Notes under the pieces: generated by a model
What the model was told of the DNA's origin: nothing
Database searches by the model: none
What the model saw: the letters and a program-made list of their open reading frames with translations, nothing else
Source of the DNA: Bdellovibrionota bacterium
GTDB lineage: Bacteria > Bdellovibrionota > UBA1018 > CAIPTA01 > JAALKR01
Direction: 5' to 3'
Assembly (NCBI GenBank): GCA_965207455.1
Contig: CBDBMJ010000001.1
Span: 352,001 to 416,000 of the forward strand
Length of the DNA stretch: 64,000 nt
Shown: positions 1 through 10,126 of the stretch, piece after piece
Layout: each line of letters begins with the position of its first letter
How positions within the stretch are numbered: the stretch's first letter is position 1
Made by a program: the position numbers and the translations under genes

Positions 1-2
1 AA

Positions 3-1322
3 GTAGATGAAAAAAAATATAACGATGGCTTCGATCGCCTCGTTCTCCATGATTTTTCAGGGAAAGTAACAAAATCTGTGGGTCTTACCATTGAAGTGGA
101 TTTGCCAAGTGCCACTGTTGGCGGGATCTGTGAGCTAAATGTTGGAGCAAATGCTCCCAGGGTTTCCTGTGAGGTAATTGGTTTTAAAAATGACAAAACT
201 GTTTTAATGCCCTTAGATAGCATGAAGGGTATTAGTACTCAATCCACAGTGAAATTTATTAGTAAGGAAGCCACTACTGTAGTTAGTGATAGTTTATTAG
301 GGCGAGTGCTTGATGGAGCAGGTAAGCCCGTAGATGGCAAGGGTGAGATTCCAGATGCCATAGAAAGATCTATTTATGTTTCATCAAGAAATCCATTGGA
401 TAGGATTTCTATTTCCGACCCTCTAGACCTGGGAGTTCGTTCTATCAATGGCTTTATGACCTGTGGTAGGGGTCAAAAAATGGGAATTATAGCGGGCTCT
501 GGAGTGGGAAAAAGTGTGCTCTTGGGAATGATTGCTCGAAATACAAATGCAGACGTTAATGTAATTGCTCTAGTGGGTGAGAGGGGAAGAGAGGTACGAG
601 AGTATATTGAGAACGATCTGGGACCTGAGGGTTTGAGCCGCTCTGTGCTTGTTGTGGCTACCAGTGATCAATCTCCATTGCTAAGAATGCGTGCCTCTTA
701 TATAGCGGCCACTATTGCTGAGCATTTTGCTGGACAAGGTAAGCATGTATTATTTCTTATGGATTCTCTTACAAGATTTTGTATAGCTCAGAGGGAAATT
801 GGTCTTTCTTTAGGTGAGTTGCCAGTCACAAAAGGATATACCCCATCTGTTTTTTCTGCACTTCCAAAGTTATTAGAAAGGGCGGGCACTCAGAGGGATG
901 GAAAGGGAAGTATTACTGGGTTGTACACGGTTTTAGTAGATGGTGATGATATGGATGATCCTATTGGTGATGCGGCCCGATCCTTTACAGATGGACACAT
1001 AGTTCTTTCCAGAAAGTTAGCTGATCGAGGGCATTATCCTCCTATAGATGTGGTTTCCAGTATTTCTAGGGTTATGAGAGGTATTACTTCTCAAGAGCAT
1101 TATGACTCAAGTGTAGCTCTCCGTGAGTTAATGGCCATATATTCAGACTCAGAAGATTTAATTCAAATAGGAGCTTATGTAAAAGGAATTAATTCCAAGT
1201 TAGATCAAGCAATATCTGTAAATAATACTATAAATGGATTATTGCGACAGCAAGTAGGAGAATCAACCTCCATTGATGAGACAAAAGCATTGATGAAGTC
1301 TATCTTAGGAGAGAGTCAATGA
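3..1322 (+). CDS. fliI: Flagellar export ATPase FliI (5' end lies upstream of the window)
   Basis: Walker A GSGVGKS, GERGRE, DSLTRF and DGHIVLSR motifs; the frame is open back to the window start, so GTG at 78 is probably internal. Confidence 0.95.
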   Translation, partial: VDEKKYNDGFDRLVLHDFSGKVTKSVGLTIEVDLPSATVGGICELNVGANAPRVSCEVIGFKNDKTVLMPLDSMKGISTQSTVKFISKEATTVVSDSLLGRVLDGAGKPVDGKGEIPDAIERSIYVSSRNPLDRISISDPLDLGVRSINGFMTCGRGQKMGIIAGSGVGKSVLLGMIARNTNADVNVIALVGERGREVREYIENDLGPEGLSRSVLVVATSDQSPLLRMRASYIAATIAEHFAGQGKHVLFLMDSLTRFCIAQREIGLSLGELPVTKGYTPSVFSALPKLLERAGTQRDGKGSITGLYTVLVDGDDMDDPIGDAARSFTDGHIVLSRKLADRGHYPPIDVVSSISRVMRGITSQEHYDSSVALRELMAIYSDSEDLIQIGAYVKGINSKLDQAISVNNTINGLLRQQVGESTSIDETKALMKSILGESQ

Positions 1323-1780
1323 AAAAGTATAAATTTAAATTACATGCAATAGAGAAGCATAAAAAAATGATTGAAAAAGACAGGAAGTCTCATTTGAGTC
1401 AAGAAATAATAAAGATGAGAGGCATAGAAAAAAACTTATTAATTATTAAAAATAATGAATCTAAATTTTCAAGTGTTTATGAAAAATTAGGAGATGGTTC
1501 AGAAAATATTCATCTTAATAAAATTTTTGTGATTGATAATTTTATAAATGCACAGAAAGTAAAGCGAAAAGAAATTCAAGAAATGATTCTACAGCAAGAA
1601 TCTGTATTGAAAAAGTCATTCGAGGGGTATATTGATGCCAGGAAAGACAAGAGAATAATAGAAATGCTTAGAGAAAAAGATTATAAAAAATATAAAAAGA
1701 ATTTACGTAAGAATGAACGTAAAGAATTAGATGACATATATACAACGAGAAGTTTTCAGAAAAATAAGGAAAATCATTAA
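1319..1780 (+). CDS. fliJ: Flagellar export chaperone FliJ
   Basis: MKKYKFKL N-terminus, coiled coil, C-terminal KELDD; ATGA overlap with fliI. Confidence 0.85.
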   Translation: MKKYKFKLHAIEKHKKMIEKDRKSHLSQEIIKMRGIEKNLLIIKNNESKFSSVYEKLGDGSENIHLNKIFVIDNFINAQKVKRKEIQEMILQQESVLKKSFEGYIDARKDKRIIEMLREKDYKKYKKNLRKNERKELDDIYTTRSFQKNKENH

Positions 1781-1791
1781 AGGACTATTTT

Positions 1792-2322
1792 ATGACTAAA
1801 TTTATTATATTATTTTTATCGTTTCAATTTTTATTGGCAGATATTGCTTTTTCTCAAGAAATTAAGGGAAAAAGAGCACGCAATGAGGCGCTTTTACTTA
1901 CAAGGGAGGGAATTGAAGAGCTTCAAGAAAGGGAGAGGAATATAGCTGAAAAGGAAAGTCTTTTATTAGAAAAAGAAAAAGCTCTAAAGATTCAAGAAAA
2001 AATATTGAAAGATAAGCTTAAAAAGATTGGAAGTATACAGAAGAGTATAGCAAAAAAATTAGATTATTTCAGTAATTCAATGGCTGGAAAAGTAAAGAAA
2101 TTAGTTACGATTGTGAGTGCAATGAAGCCAGACATGGCTGCAAGATATTTTGAAACTGTGGAGCCATATTTGGCAGTGGAGATTTTAGGGCAATTGGAAG
2201 CAAAAAGAGCAGCAAAAATTTTAAATAAAGTAGATAAAGAAGTTTCTGCTCGAATTTCAGAGTTATATACAGGTTATCAAAATAATTTTTCTAAGAAATA
2301 TAAATCAAAACCTTCAGGATAG
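1792..2322 (+). CDS. MotE/FlbB-like (MgtE_N-type) flagellar protein
   Basis: Signal peptide, coiled coil, then AMKPDMAA...AAKILNKV helical repeats; typical position between fliJ and fliK. Confidence 0.7.
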   Translation: MTKFIILFLSFQFLLADIAFSQEIKGKRARNEALLLTREGIEELQERERNIAEKESLLLEKEKALKIQEKILKDKLKKIGSIQKSIAKKLDYFSNSMAGKVKKLVTIVSAMKPDMAARYFETVEPYLAVEILGQLEAKRAAKILNKVDKEVSARISELYTGYQNNFSKKYKSKPSG

Positions 2323-2339
2323 CTATAGGAGAAAAAATT

Positions 2340-3452
2340 ATGGATATAAAAAATATAACAAGTTCTGGTCCAGCGTATGGTCTATTGGATATCATATTCG
2401 GCACTGTGCCCAATGAGAAGGAAGCAGAAGAAATGGCTGATGGAGAGAAATTTGATCCACTTTTGGCAGTACTGCAGAAACTAGAAACAAAAAATATAAT
2501 AGAGGAACCCACAATGTCCATAAAAAATATGAAAACAGAGAGTGAAGATATAGGGATGAAGTTCAATGACATTTCTGTGAAAATGCCTGTTTCTGATGAA
2601 AAGAATCTCACGCTGAATAATAATAGGATTCAGTTTAATGAGGATATTTCTAAAGCTATTCAAAATAAAGATACAGGGAAAATGATGGATATTATAGAAA
2701 AAAGAAAATCTCAATTGAAAGAAGAAATGCCAAGTCTTGTAAAATTAGAAAAAGTAATAGATAAGAAAGGTGTAAATCAATTTTCATCTATGGACTCCAT
2801 TGCAAAGTTAGTAAAAAAACTAGAATCAGAAATATCTAAACAAGAAAAATCTGTTTCTACGGAAGACTTCATTCGTATAAACAAGAGTAATGAAAAGAAA
2901 GTAGAAACAACGAAGAAAGAAGGTTCTACAGACTCCAATACTAAAGGAGAAATGCTCTTCAATGCAGAGTCAGCTACTGCTTTAAAATCTAAAAATGAAG
3001 GAGTGAAAATCATTAAATTAGACAGTTTACATTCATTAGGCAGCACACTTGCTCCAAAATTAGCAACAAACTTGAATTATATTGCTAATCAAGGTGGTGG
3101 TGAGATGAGGATAATTTTTACTCCAGAAAATTTTGGTGAAATGCAAGTAAGAGTTTCCACTCAAGGAGATAATGTAAATGTTAAATTCATAGTAGAAAAT
3201 TCAGAGGTGGCTTCTGCCCTTCGTAGCGAGGGACAAAATTTAAAAGAAGCATTATTTGCAAATAATCTTCGTTTGAATGGGGTTGAGGTGATAGTTCGAG
3301 ATTCTAATGACTTAAATAGTTTTGAAAATGAGGATAAACAGAATAATTCAAATAAGCGTTCACCTAGTAAAGATGATACATATGCTGATCACAAGCAAAA
3401 AAATGGGCAAGACCAAGAGGAAGAGCAGTTTAATTTGAGGAGATATGCATAA
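2340..3452 (+). CDS. fliK: Flagellar hook-length control protein FliK
   Basis: Low-complexity N-terminus plus C-terminal Flg_hook domain (FTPENFGEMQVRV...LKEALFANNL); directly upstream of flgD. Confidence 0.85.
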   Translation: MDIKNITSSGPAYGLLDIIFGTVPNEKEAEEMADGEKFDPLLAVLQKLETKNIIEEPTMSIKNMKTESEDIGMKFNDISVKMPVSDEKNLTLNNNRIQFNEDISKAIQNKDTGKMMDIIEKRKSQLKEEMPSLVKLEKVIDKKGVNQFSSMDSIAKLVKKLESEISKQEKSVSTEDFIRINKSNEKKVETTKKEGSTDSNTKGEMLFNAESATALKSKNEGVKIIKLDSLHSLGSTLAPKLATNLNYIANQGGGEMRIIFTPENFGEMQVRVSTQGDNVNVKFIVENSEVASALRSEGQNLKEALFANNLRLNGVEVIVRDSNDLNSFENEDKQNNSNKRSPSKDDTYADHKQKNGQDQEEEQFNLRRYA

Positions 3453-4321
3453 TGAATGGGAATGGAAGCATACCAAAGACATCTAATGATGCTATTCAAA
3501 GATTATTAGATAAATTTGGAAATAATTTCACAGATAAGCCAGCTACAAGTATTAAAAAAGAGTTGGGGAAAGATGATTTTGTGAAGCTTATGAGTGTACA
3601 ATTACAATACCAAGATCCCATGTCTCCATTAAATAATGAACAAATGGCTGCTCAACTAGCTCAGTTTTCAAGTTTAGAGCAGATGACAAATGTAAATAAA
3701 AATTTAAATGCCATGAGTGCTGCAGCAAGAGGCAGAGATAATATTATGGCAACAGCATTGATTGGAAAGGAAATAATAGCCAATTCTTCATTAGTTTCAT
3801 TGGATGGTAAAAATCCAGCTGATTTAGATTTTCACTTAGAAAGTAAAATTCGAGGTGGTCAGATTTCTATTTTAAATAAAAATGGAGCAGTTGTAAATAA
3901 AATCACTCTAAAGAATATGAATGAAGGTGCTCAAAAGTTGAAATGGGATGGTTTAAATGATGATGGTGTGAAAGTCCCCTCTGGTGAATATGCTTTTCAT
4001 ATAACTGCCTACGATCATAATATGAAGCAAGTTAAATCTTCTGCACAGATAAAAGGCATTGTTTCTGGAGTGGTATTTGAAAATAGTCAGGCAGTATTAA
4101 TTTTAGATAATAAAAAAATATCAATGGATTCAGTTAGTAAAATTTCTAGTGTGGAAGAGAAAAAAAATATTTCAACAGAGCTTAATAAATCGAATGATAC
4201 TGCTCTAAGTGTTGTGGAGAAAAAGAGTTTATCTGTAGTTGAGAAAAAAGAAGAAGATCCGGAAGATGCGATCTCTCCTGGATATATGGGTTCAAATTTA
4301 TGGAGGCCTGATTTACAGTAG
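3452..4321 (+). CDS. flgD: Hook capping protein FlgD
   Basis: LGKDDFVKL...QYQDPMSP...QLAQFSSLEQ and WDG...VPSGEY motifs. Confidence 0.93.
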   Translation: MNGNGSIPKTSNDAIQRLLDKFGNNFTDKPATSIKKELGKDDFVKLMSVQLQYQDPMSPLNNEQMAAQLAQFSSLEQMTNVNKNLNAMSAAARGRDNIMATALIGKEIIANSSLVSLDGKNPADLDFHLESKIRGGQISILNKNGAVVNKITLKNMNEGAQKLKWDGLNDDGVKVPSGEYAFHITAYDHNMKQVKSSAQIKGIVSGVVFENSQAVLILDNKKISMDSVSKISSVEEKKNISTELNKSNDTALSVVEKKSLSVVEKKEEDPEDAISPGYMGSNLWRPDLQ

Positions 4322-4328
4322 GTGTTTT

Positions 4329-4745
4329 ATGGGAAATAATATATCAAATAATATATCAAATATAAAGAATAATAATCTTCCTCAGTTGCAAAGGAACGAT
4401 CAGAAAGAGATAAAATCTGATGATCAATTTAAAAATTTACTTGAAAATAAGTTAAATTTAAAGAATGTAGAAAAAAAGCTACCAATTCAATCTGATTTGA
4501 TTTTTAGTAAACATGCTGTAGAGAGAATTCGGGATAGAGGAATTTCTATGCAGGCAGAGCAAGTGAGAAAATTGGAAAAAGCTGTGGATGCGGCATCGGA
4601 AAAGGGCTCTAGAGAAGCATTAATTTTAATGGATGATACAGCGTTTATTGTTAGTATTTCTAATAAAACAGTAATTACTGCTTTAGATAAAGAATCATCT
4701 AAGGGAAATATTTTTACAAATATTGATTCAACAATAATGATATAA
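4329..4745 (+). CDS. TIGR02530-like flagellar operon protein
   Basis: FSKHAVERI...A..KGSRE.L...NKTVITA...NIFTNIDS; located between flgD and flgE; ATG 4329 preferred over the overlapping TTG 4239. Confidence 0.85.
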   Translation: MGNNISNNISNIKNNNLPQLQRNDQKEIKSDDQFKNLLENKLNLKNVEKKLPIQSDLIFSKHAVERIRDRGISMQAEQVRKLEKAVDAASEKGSREALILMDDTAFIVSISNKTVITALDKESSKGNIFTNIDSTIMI

Positions 4746-4808
4746 ATAGGAGGTGGAACATGAAATATAAATGAAAAATAAATTAAATGTGATTTGAAAA
4801 AGATATAA

Positions 4809-4834
4809 AAAGCTGGACCCGTTAGGGAGGCTTT
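4809..4834 (+). promoter_or_regulatory. Candidate cis-regulatory RNA hairpin in the flgE leader
   Basis: AAAGC-UGGA-CCC-GUUA-GGG-AG-GCUUU: two stems with an asymmetric purine-rich internal loop; a GC-rich island in an AT-rich spacer. Confidence 0.45.
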
Positions 4835-4883
4835 GCATATATAAACATAAACAATGTTCATAATTAGCAGGAGGCTTAAAAAA

Positions 4884-6194
4884 ATGGGTATATTATCATC
4901 ATTATATACAGCTGTAAGCGGCGTTGAAGCTTATGGTACCGCACTCGGCGTTGTTGCCGATAACATAGCAAATGCAAATACTGTAGGATTTAAAACAAGT
5001 CGTGCAGAATTTGAAGATGTGATCGCAAGATCAATTAAGGGCGATGTTGGTGGAAACCAAATCGGTCGAGGAACTCACTTGGGAGCTGTGAAGCAGATAT
5101 TTTCCCAAGGGAGTCTAGTACAAACAGAAAGACCCACGGATCTGGCGATTAGTGGTGGGGGATTTTTTGTTCTTGATGGGCTGAGAGGTCAAACATTTAC
5201 CAGAAATGGAGCGTTTAATTTTAACAGAGAAGGTCAACTAGTTAATTCTGGTGACGAAAAAGTTCTTGGTTTTAAAGCAAACGAGAATGGTAAATTTGAA
5301 ACAAAACTATCTCCTATTAAAATAGAAGATAATGTGATTGGTGCGAGAGAGACTTCTCAGTTAAATCTTGCAGTGAATCTGGATGTTAGGAGCAGAGTGG
5401 TTTCTAATGGTTTTGATCTCAATAATGCAGATAAAACGTCTAGCTATTCCACAAGTGTAAATATTGTGGATTCTGTTGGAAACTCTCATGCAGTGAAGGT
5501 GTATTTTACACGTTTAGGAGATAATACATGGGACTGGAATGCCGTAGGCACTGGTAGACAGGAAATAAGTGGTGAAGAGGGTAAAAAAATCATTAAGGAG
5601 GATCAGAGCTTTATTGGGGCTAGTGGCACCATTGAGTTTGGATCGTCGGGTCAGTTGTCTCGTCAAACAATTGATTCGAATTCCTTTAATTTCGGAAGAG
5701 GAGCAGCGTCTAATCAGCAAGTAGAGTTTCTTTTTGGAAATGATAAGGATAGGGGTATTGAGGGATTATCTAATTCCACACAATACGGGTCAGCCAATGA
5801 TGTATATGAAAACAATCAAAATGGGTATGCAGCAGGAAGTATTACAGGTTTATCTTTCAGCGATGAAGGTATTCTTTCTGCGAGTTACTCTAATGGAATT
5901 ACAAAAGATGTAAGTCAAATTGCATTGGCAAAATTTCAGAATAATGAGGGTCTTCATAAACTAGGTAGCAACCTCTTCCAAAAGTCCATATCTTCTGGAG
6001 AAGCAAATCTTGGCTCACCTGCTCGTGGTGGGCGTGGTAAGATTTTTGCCAGAACAGTGGAATCTTCAACTACAGACATTGCTTCAGAGTTCGTGTCTCT
6101 TATTAAGCTACAACGTGCATTTCAAGCAAATGCCAGAACAATGACGGCTTCTGATGAGTTGATGCAAGAAATACTGAATATTCGCAGAGGGTAA
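4884..6194 (+). CDS. flgE: Flagellar hook protein FlgE
   Basis: SLYTAVSG...ADNIANANTVGFK, TDLAISGGGFF, QRAFQANAR; AGGAGG upstream of ATG 4884. Confidence 0.96.
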   Translation: MGILSSLYTAVSGVEAYGTALGVVADNIANANTVGFKTSRAEFEDVIARSIKGDVGGNQIGRGTHLGAVKQIFSQGSLVQTERPTDLAISGGGFFVLDGLRGQTFTRNGAFNFNREGQLVNSGDEKVLGFKANENGKFETKLSPIKIEDNVIGARETSQLNLAVNLDVRSRVVSNGFDLNNADKTSSYSTSVNIVDSVGNSHAVKVYFTRLGDNTWDWNAVGTGRQEISGEEGKKIIKEDQSFIGASGTIEFGSSGQLSRQTIDSNSFNFGRGAASNQQVEFLFGNDKDRGIEGLSNSTQYGSANDVYENNQNGYAAGSITGLSFSDEGILSASYSNGITKDVSQIALAKFQNNEGLHKLGSNLFQKSISSGEANLGSPARGGRGKIFARTVESSTTDIASEFVSLIKLQRAFQANARTMTASDELMQEILNIRRG

Positions 6195-6209
6195 CCCTCT
6201 ACATAAGGT

Positions 6210-6240
6210 CTGGCACTCTTAGATGAGTGCCAGGCTTTCC
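6210..6240 (+). terminator. Probable intrinsic terminator after flgE
   Basis: CTGGCACTC-ttagat-GAGTGCCAG 9-bp stem followed by a short T run. Confidence 0.6.
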
Positions 6241-6401
6241 CTATCGACAATTTATTGTCAATAAGTGCCTCCTAATGGAGTTCATTTGACATTTTAGTGA
6301 ATATATTCATACAATTTTATTTTCTCTAGGAATAAGACGACGCATATCGTTGATATGTTTGTGTTTTTTTAATTTCAAAATACACGGAATAAAATCAAAA
6401 C

Positions 6402-6417
6402 TGGCATAGCTATTGCA
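6402..6417 (+). promoter_or_regulatory. Sigma54 (-24/-12) promoter of the fliL operon
   Basis: TGGCATAGCTATTGCA = GG-N10-GC, ending 22 nt before the fliL ATG. Confidence 0.8.
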
Positions 6418-6439
6418 ATCTGTTTGTCAGGAGATTTCT

Positions 6440-6964
6440 ATGACGTTTATTTTGCCCAAATACCTTCACTCTTCTTCTGCTAAAGCAGGAAATGGGTTTT
6501 TAATGGGATTATTGGTTTTGAATATATTTTTTATTGCAGCAGTTTCCGTAGTTCTTTTCTTAGGACAAAAGCGACAAAAAGAATTGCAAAATATTAACCA
6601 AATAGTTCGATCGGCAGAGCAAGAAGAATCAGATGATAAAAACGTGAAGAATAGAGAGATTGAAGCTCGATTTTTTGATATGGGTGACTTTACAGTGAAT
6701 TTAAGTGGTTCTGGTCCAGCACATTATGTTCGACTTAAATTAAGTTTTGAATTAGGCAAAAATATTCAAGAAACGGAAATGAAGAGAAGATCTCCGCAAA
6801 TTAGAGATAAAATTATAACCATTCTAAACAGCAAGCGTCATCAGGATTTACAATCAAAAGATGGAAGATTTTTTCTAAAAGAAGAGATTGAAATAGCAGT
6901 TAATACATTTTTGCAAACAGGAAAAGTGCAGGGAGTTTATTTCTCTACATTTGTTTTTGAATAG
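6440..6964 (+). CDS. fliL: Flagellar basal body-associated protein FliL
   Basis: Single TM, FTVNL...HYVR...PQIRD..I..L...KEEI; ATG 6440 has an AGGAG RBS, while TTG 6413 lies inside the sigma54 promoter. Confidence 0.9.
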   Translation: MTFILPKYLHSSSAKAGNGFLMGLLVLNIFFIAAVSVVLFLGQKRQKELQNINQIVRSAEQEESDDKNVKNREIEARFFDMGDFTVNLSGSGPAHYVRLKLSFELGKNIQETEMKRRSPQIRDKIITILNSKRHQDLQSKDGRFFLKEEIEIAVNTFLQTGKVQGVYFSTFVFE

Positions 6965-6976
6965 GAGTATTGGGTT

Positions 6977-7969
6977 ATGGGCCAGATGTTGAGTCAAAAT
7001 GAGATAGATGCATTATTAGATGCAGTAATGTTGCCTGAAGAATCAAACAATATTAGTTCTAGTAGTGAGAAAAATCACAGCGCAGTCAATGTAACACCTT
7101 ACGATTTAGGTAATCAAGATAGGGTAATACGAGGAAGAATGATTACCTTTGATGTAATCTATGAGCGTTTCATTCGATTATTTAGGATCAATTTATCTTC
7201 TTCACTTAGGAAAATTGCTTCATTGAGTATTTTATCCACAGATTTAATGAAATTTGGAGAATTTCTGAATACTCTTCCCATTCCATCTTGTATTGGTGTA
7301 ATGCGATTTGAATCTTTACGAGGTTCTGGTCTCATTGTATTAGAGACAAAATTAGTTTATGCTCTCATAAATTCTTATTTTGGTGGCTCTGATCATAGCA
7401 GTAAAAAAGGAGATGGGAAGGAATACACTCGAATTGAATTATCCATTTTAGAAAAAGTAATTAAAACAGCTATTTCTGATTTAAATGAAGCATGGGAGCC
7501 AGTACATAAAACTGATATTTCTTTTACAAGACTTGAAGTGAATCCTCAATTTGTTAGCTTGATTCCTCCATCTGACGTGGTTGTTTCCACTGCGTTTGAA
7601 GTAGAGCTTGAGAATACTTCTGGAACTATTTCAATAGTGATTCCTTACTCTACATTAGATCCAATTAAGAAAAAATTGCATGCTGGATTTCAGCCAGATG
7701 GCGAGAAATTTGAAAAAGTTTGGGCAGAACAAGTTGGAAATCATCTTGATGATACAAAATTAAATAGTAAGGTTTGTTTAGGAGAAGCCGATCTCACTAT
7801 TTTTGATTTAATTAGTTTAAATTTAGGAGATACTGTTCTTTTGGATAGAAATGCAGATGAAGAATTAGATTTAAAAGTTGAAAATATTCCTAAATTTAAG
7901 TGCATTTTAGGAAATTCTAAGGGAAATAAGGCAATTCAAATTACCAGAAAAATAAATAATAGGAGATAA
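6977..7969 (+). CDS. fliM: Motor switch protein FliM
   Basis: LSQNEIDALL CheY-binding motif, EVNPQF, C-terminal SpoA domain. Confidence 0.96.
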   Translation: MGQMLSQNEIDALLDAVMLPEESNNISSSSEKNHSAVNVTPYDLGNQDRVIRGRMITFDVIYERFIRLFRINLSSSLRKIASLSILSTDLMKFGEFLNTLPIPSCIGVMRFESLRGSGLIVLETKLVYALINSYFGGSDHSSKKGDGKEYTRIELSILEKVIKTAISDLNEAWEPVHKTDISFTRLEVNPQFVSLIPPSDVVVSTAFEVELENTSGTISIVIPYSTLDPIKKKLHAGFQPDGEKFEKVWAEQVGNHLDDTKLNSKVCLGEADLTIFDLISLNLGDTVLLDRNADEELDLKVENIPKFKCILGNSKGNKAIQITRKINNRR

Positions 7970-7973
7970 AATC

Positions 7974-8354
7974 ATGAGCGATACTAATTCTGCAAAAAAA
8001 GATGAAGAAATAAAAGAAAATATTCCAGAGAAAGATTTTTCTAATTTAGATAATGAAAAGAAAATAGCTGAAAAAAAAATAAATAGCAATGATATACGAA
8101 GTTTGGATTTTATATTAGACATCCCATTAAAGGTGAGTGTTGAAGTTGGTCATACGAAAATATTGGTTAGAGATTTACTTCAATTGGGGCAGGGTTCAGT
8201 TGTGGAGTTAACTAAATTTGCTGGAGAGCCTTTAGAGATGCTAGTGAATGATAAATTAATCGCTAGAGGTGAAGTTGTTGTAGTTAATGAAAAATTTGGA
8301 TTAAGACTTACAGATATCATTTCGCCAGAAGACCGTGTAGAGCAATTAAGATAA
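7974..8354 (+). CDS. fliN: Motor switch protein FliN
   Basis: ILDIPLKVSVEVG...GEVVVVNEKFGLRLTDII. Confidence 0.96.
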   Translation: MSDTNSAKKDEEIKENIPEKDFSNLDNEKKIAEKKINSNDIRSLDFILDIPLKVSVEVGHTKILVRDLLQLGQGSVVELTKFAGEPLEMLVNDKLIARGEVVVVNEKFGLRLTDIISPEDRVEQLR

Positions 8355-8380
8355 TATTTTAGGATGTCAGGAGGACACCG

Positions 8381-9349
8381 ATGAGGAAATTCAAGACGAA
8401 TTTATTTAGTGAAAAATTATTATTTTTTCTTTCTAAGTTAGCTTTATTTTTTGTTTGTTTTATTATTTGTTTATGGATGATTTCAGGCGCAAAAGCTGCT
8501 GAACAGAGAATTGATAAAATAGATGTTATCCATAGCAGCCCAGAAAAATCCATAGTTGAGATTGTTTTCAACTCTCCAATTCAAGAAGACAAGATAACAG
8601 CAAGTTTTGATAGAGATTTCATTCAGTTTTCTTTACAAGATGTTAGTGCCTATCCCTCTAAATTAGAGAAAGTTGCTGGTGGGAAAGTTAGAAAGATATA
8701 TTCTTATCAATATAAACCAAATATTTCAAGAACTAGAATTTTCTTCGATGAGAAAGCTGAGAAAATTAAAAAATATGTCCATTGGGTTATAGATGGGAAT
8801 AAAATAAAGATTGAAATTAAATCAGAAGATCTTTTAAAAACAGTCAAAAGCTCCATATTAGAAGAGGAATTTACTGCAGAAGAGGAATTGCTATTTAGTT
8901 CTTTAAGTAAAAAAAATGATCTCTCCCCCACTAAAGAAAACGAAGGAAATAAGAATATTTATAGTAAAAATATGGAAATGATATACGCTTTGTTGTTTGT
9001 TGTTTTTTGCATTGGGGCAGTTTCATTTTTATTAAGAAAAATCATGAAAAATAAAGGACTCAAGGTTGCTAAAAGAAAGGTAATGATCAATGTCCTGGGA
9101 AGTCATACCCTATCACAAGGAAAAGAAATAAGTGTTATAAAAGTTGGTGAGCAGTATATGGTTATTGGCGTTACTAATCATAATATTAATTTAATTAAAT
9201 CAATCGAAGCTGATTTTAATGAGAACGATTCTTTTGATTCTGTTTTTAAGGAAGTTTCTGCCAAAGATAAGAATGAAGAAGTCATTCAGGATATGAGTGT
9301 CATTAGCTCTATAAAGAGAAAAATAAGAGGGTTTAAGCAGTTAAATTAA
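8381..9349 (+). CDS. fliO: Long-form FliO with N-terminal periplasmic (AMIN-like) domain
   Basis: Between fliN and fliP; TM followed by the FliO core ([22 protein letters not shown]). Confidence 0.75.
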   Translation: MRKFKTNLFSEKLLFFLSKLALFFVCFIICLWMISGAKAAEQRIDKIDVIHSSPEKSIVEIVFNSPIQEDKITASFDRDFIQFSLQDVSAYPSKLEKVAGGKVRKIYSYQYKPNISRTRIFFDEKAEKIKKYVHWVIDGNKIKIEIKSEDLLKTVKSSILEEEFTAEEELLFSSLSKKNDLSPTKENEGNKNIYSKNMEMIYALLFVVFCIGAVSFLLRKIMKNKGLKVAKRKVMINVLGSHTLSQGKEISVIKVGEQYMVIGVTNHNINLIKSIEADFNENDSFDSVFKEVSAKDKNEEVIQDMSVISSIKRKIRGFKQLN

Positions 9350-9353
9350 ATTA

Positions 9354-10112
9354 ATGATTAAAAAAAATATTTTATTAGCTATGATGGTTTTGCTTGGAAT
9401 CCTATTTTTGGGGACTGCTGTATCAGCTCAGGGAGTGAAAATCCCATCAATTAATATCAGCATGGCAGATGGGAAGCCAGCAGATATGGTGGCAGCTATT
9501 AAAATTATTATCATGCTTACTATATTGTCTTTGGCGCCAGCTATTTTGATTATGATGACTTCTTTTACTCGAATAGTTGTTGTTTTATCATTCCTTCGTC
9601 AAGCGTTATCCACTCAGCATATGCCACCAAATCAGATCATAATAGGCTTGGCACTTTTTCTTTCCTTTTTTGTAATGGCGCCAGTATTTTCAGATATAAA
9701 TGATAAAGCAATTAAGCCTTATATGGATAAAAAAATCGATCAATCCTCGGCAATAAAGAATGCGGAAATGCCATTGAGAAAATTTATGTTTTCTCAAACA
9801 AGAGAAAGAGATTTAGTATTATTTTTAGATTTAGCAAAAGTAAAAAATGCGAAAAAGAAGAAAGATGTGCCTACCTGGGTTCTTATTCCAGCTTTTATTA
9901 TTAGTGAACTGAAGATGGCATTTCAGATTGGATTTATGCTATATTTGCCATTTTTAATAATTGACATGGTAATTGCCAGTGTTCTTATGGCTATGGGTAT
10001 GATGATGTTGCCTCCAGTGGTGATTTCATTGCCTTTTAAATTACTTTTATTTGTTTTAGTTGATGGTTGGGAGCTAGTAACAGGATCCCTTGTTAGATCT
10101 TTTGGTGGTTAG
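9354..10112 (+). CDS. fliP: Export gate protein FliP
   Basis: [40 protein letters not shown]. Confidence 0.97.
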   Translation: MIKKNILLAMMVLLGILFLGTAVSAQGVKIPSINISMADGKPADMVAAIKIIIMLTILSLAPAILIMMTSFTRIVVVLSFLRQALSTQHMPPNQIIIGLALFLSFFVMAPVFSDINDKAIKPYMDKKIDQSSAIKNAEMPLRKFMFSQTRERDLVLFLDLAKVKNAKKKKDVPTWVLIPAFIISELKMAFQIGFMLYLPFLIIDMVIASVLMAMGMMMLPPVVISLPFKLLLFVLVDGWELVTGSLVRSFGG

Positions 10113-10126
10113 AGGAGTGAAATATT

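Noticed and set aside
6194..6440. Absence of motA/motB between flgE and fliL as a sign of lost motility
   Set aside because: Stator genes are often located elsewhere; this cannot be judged from one window.
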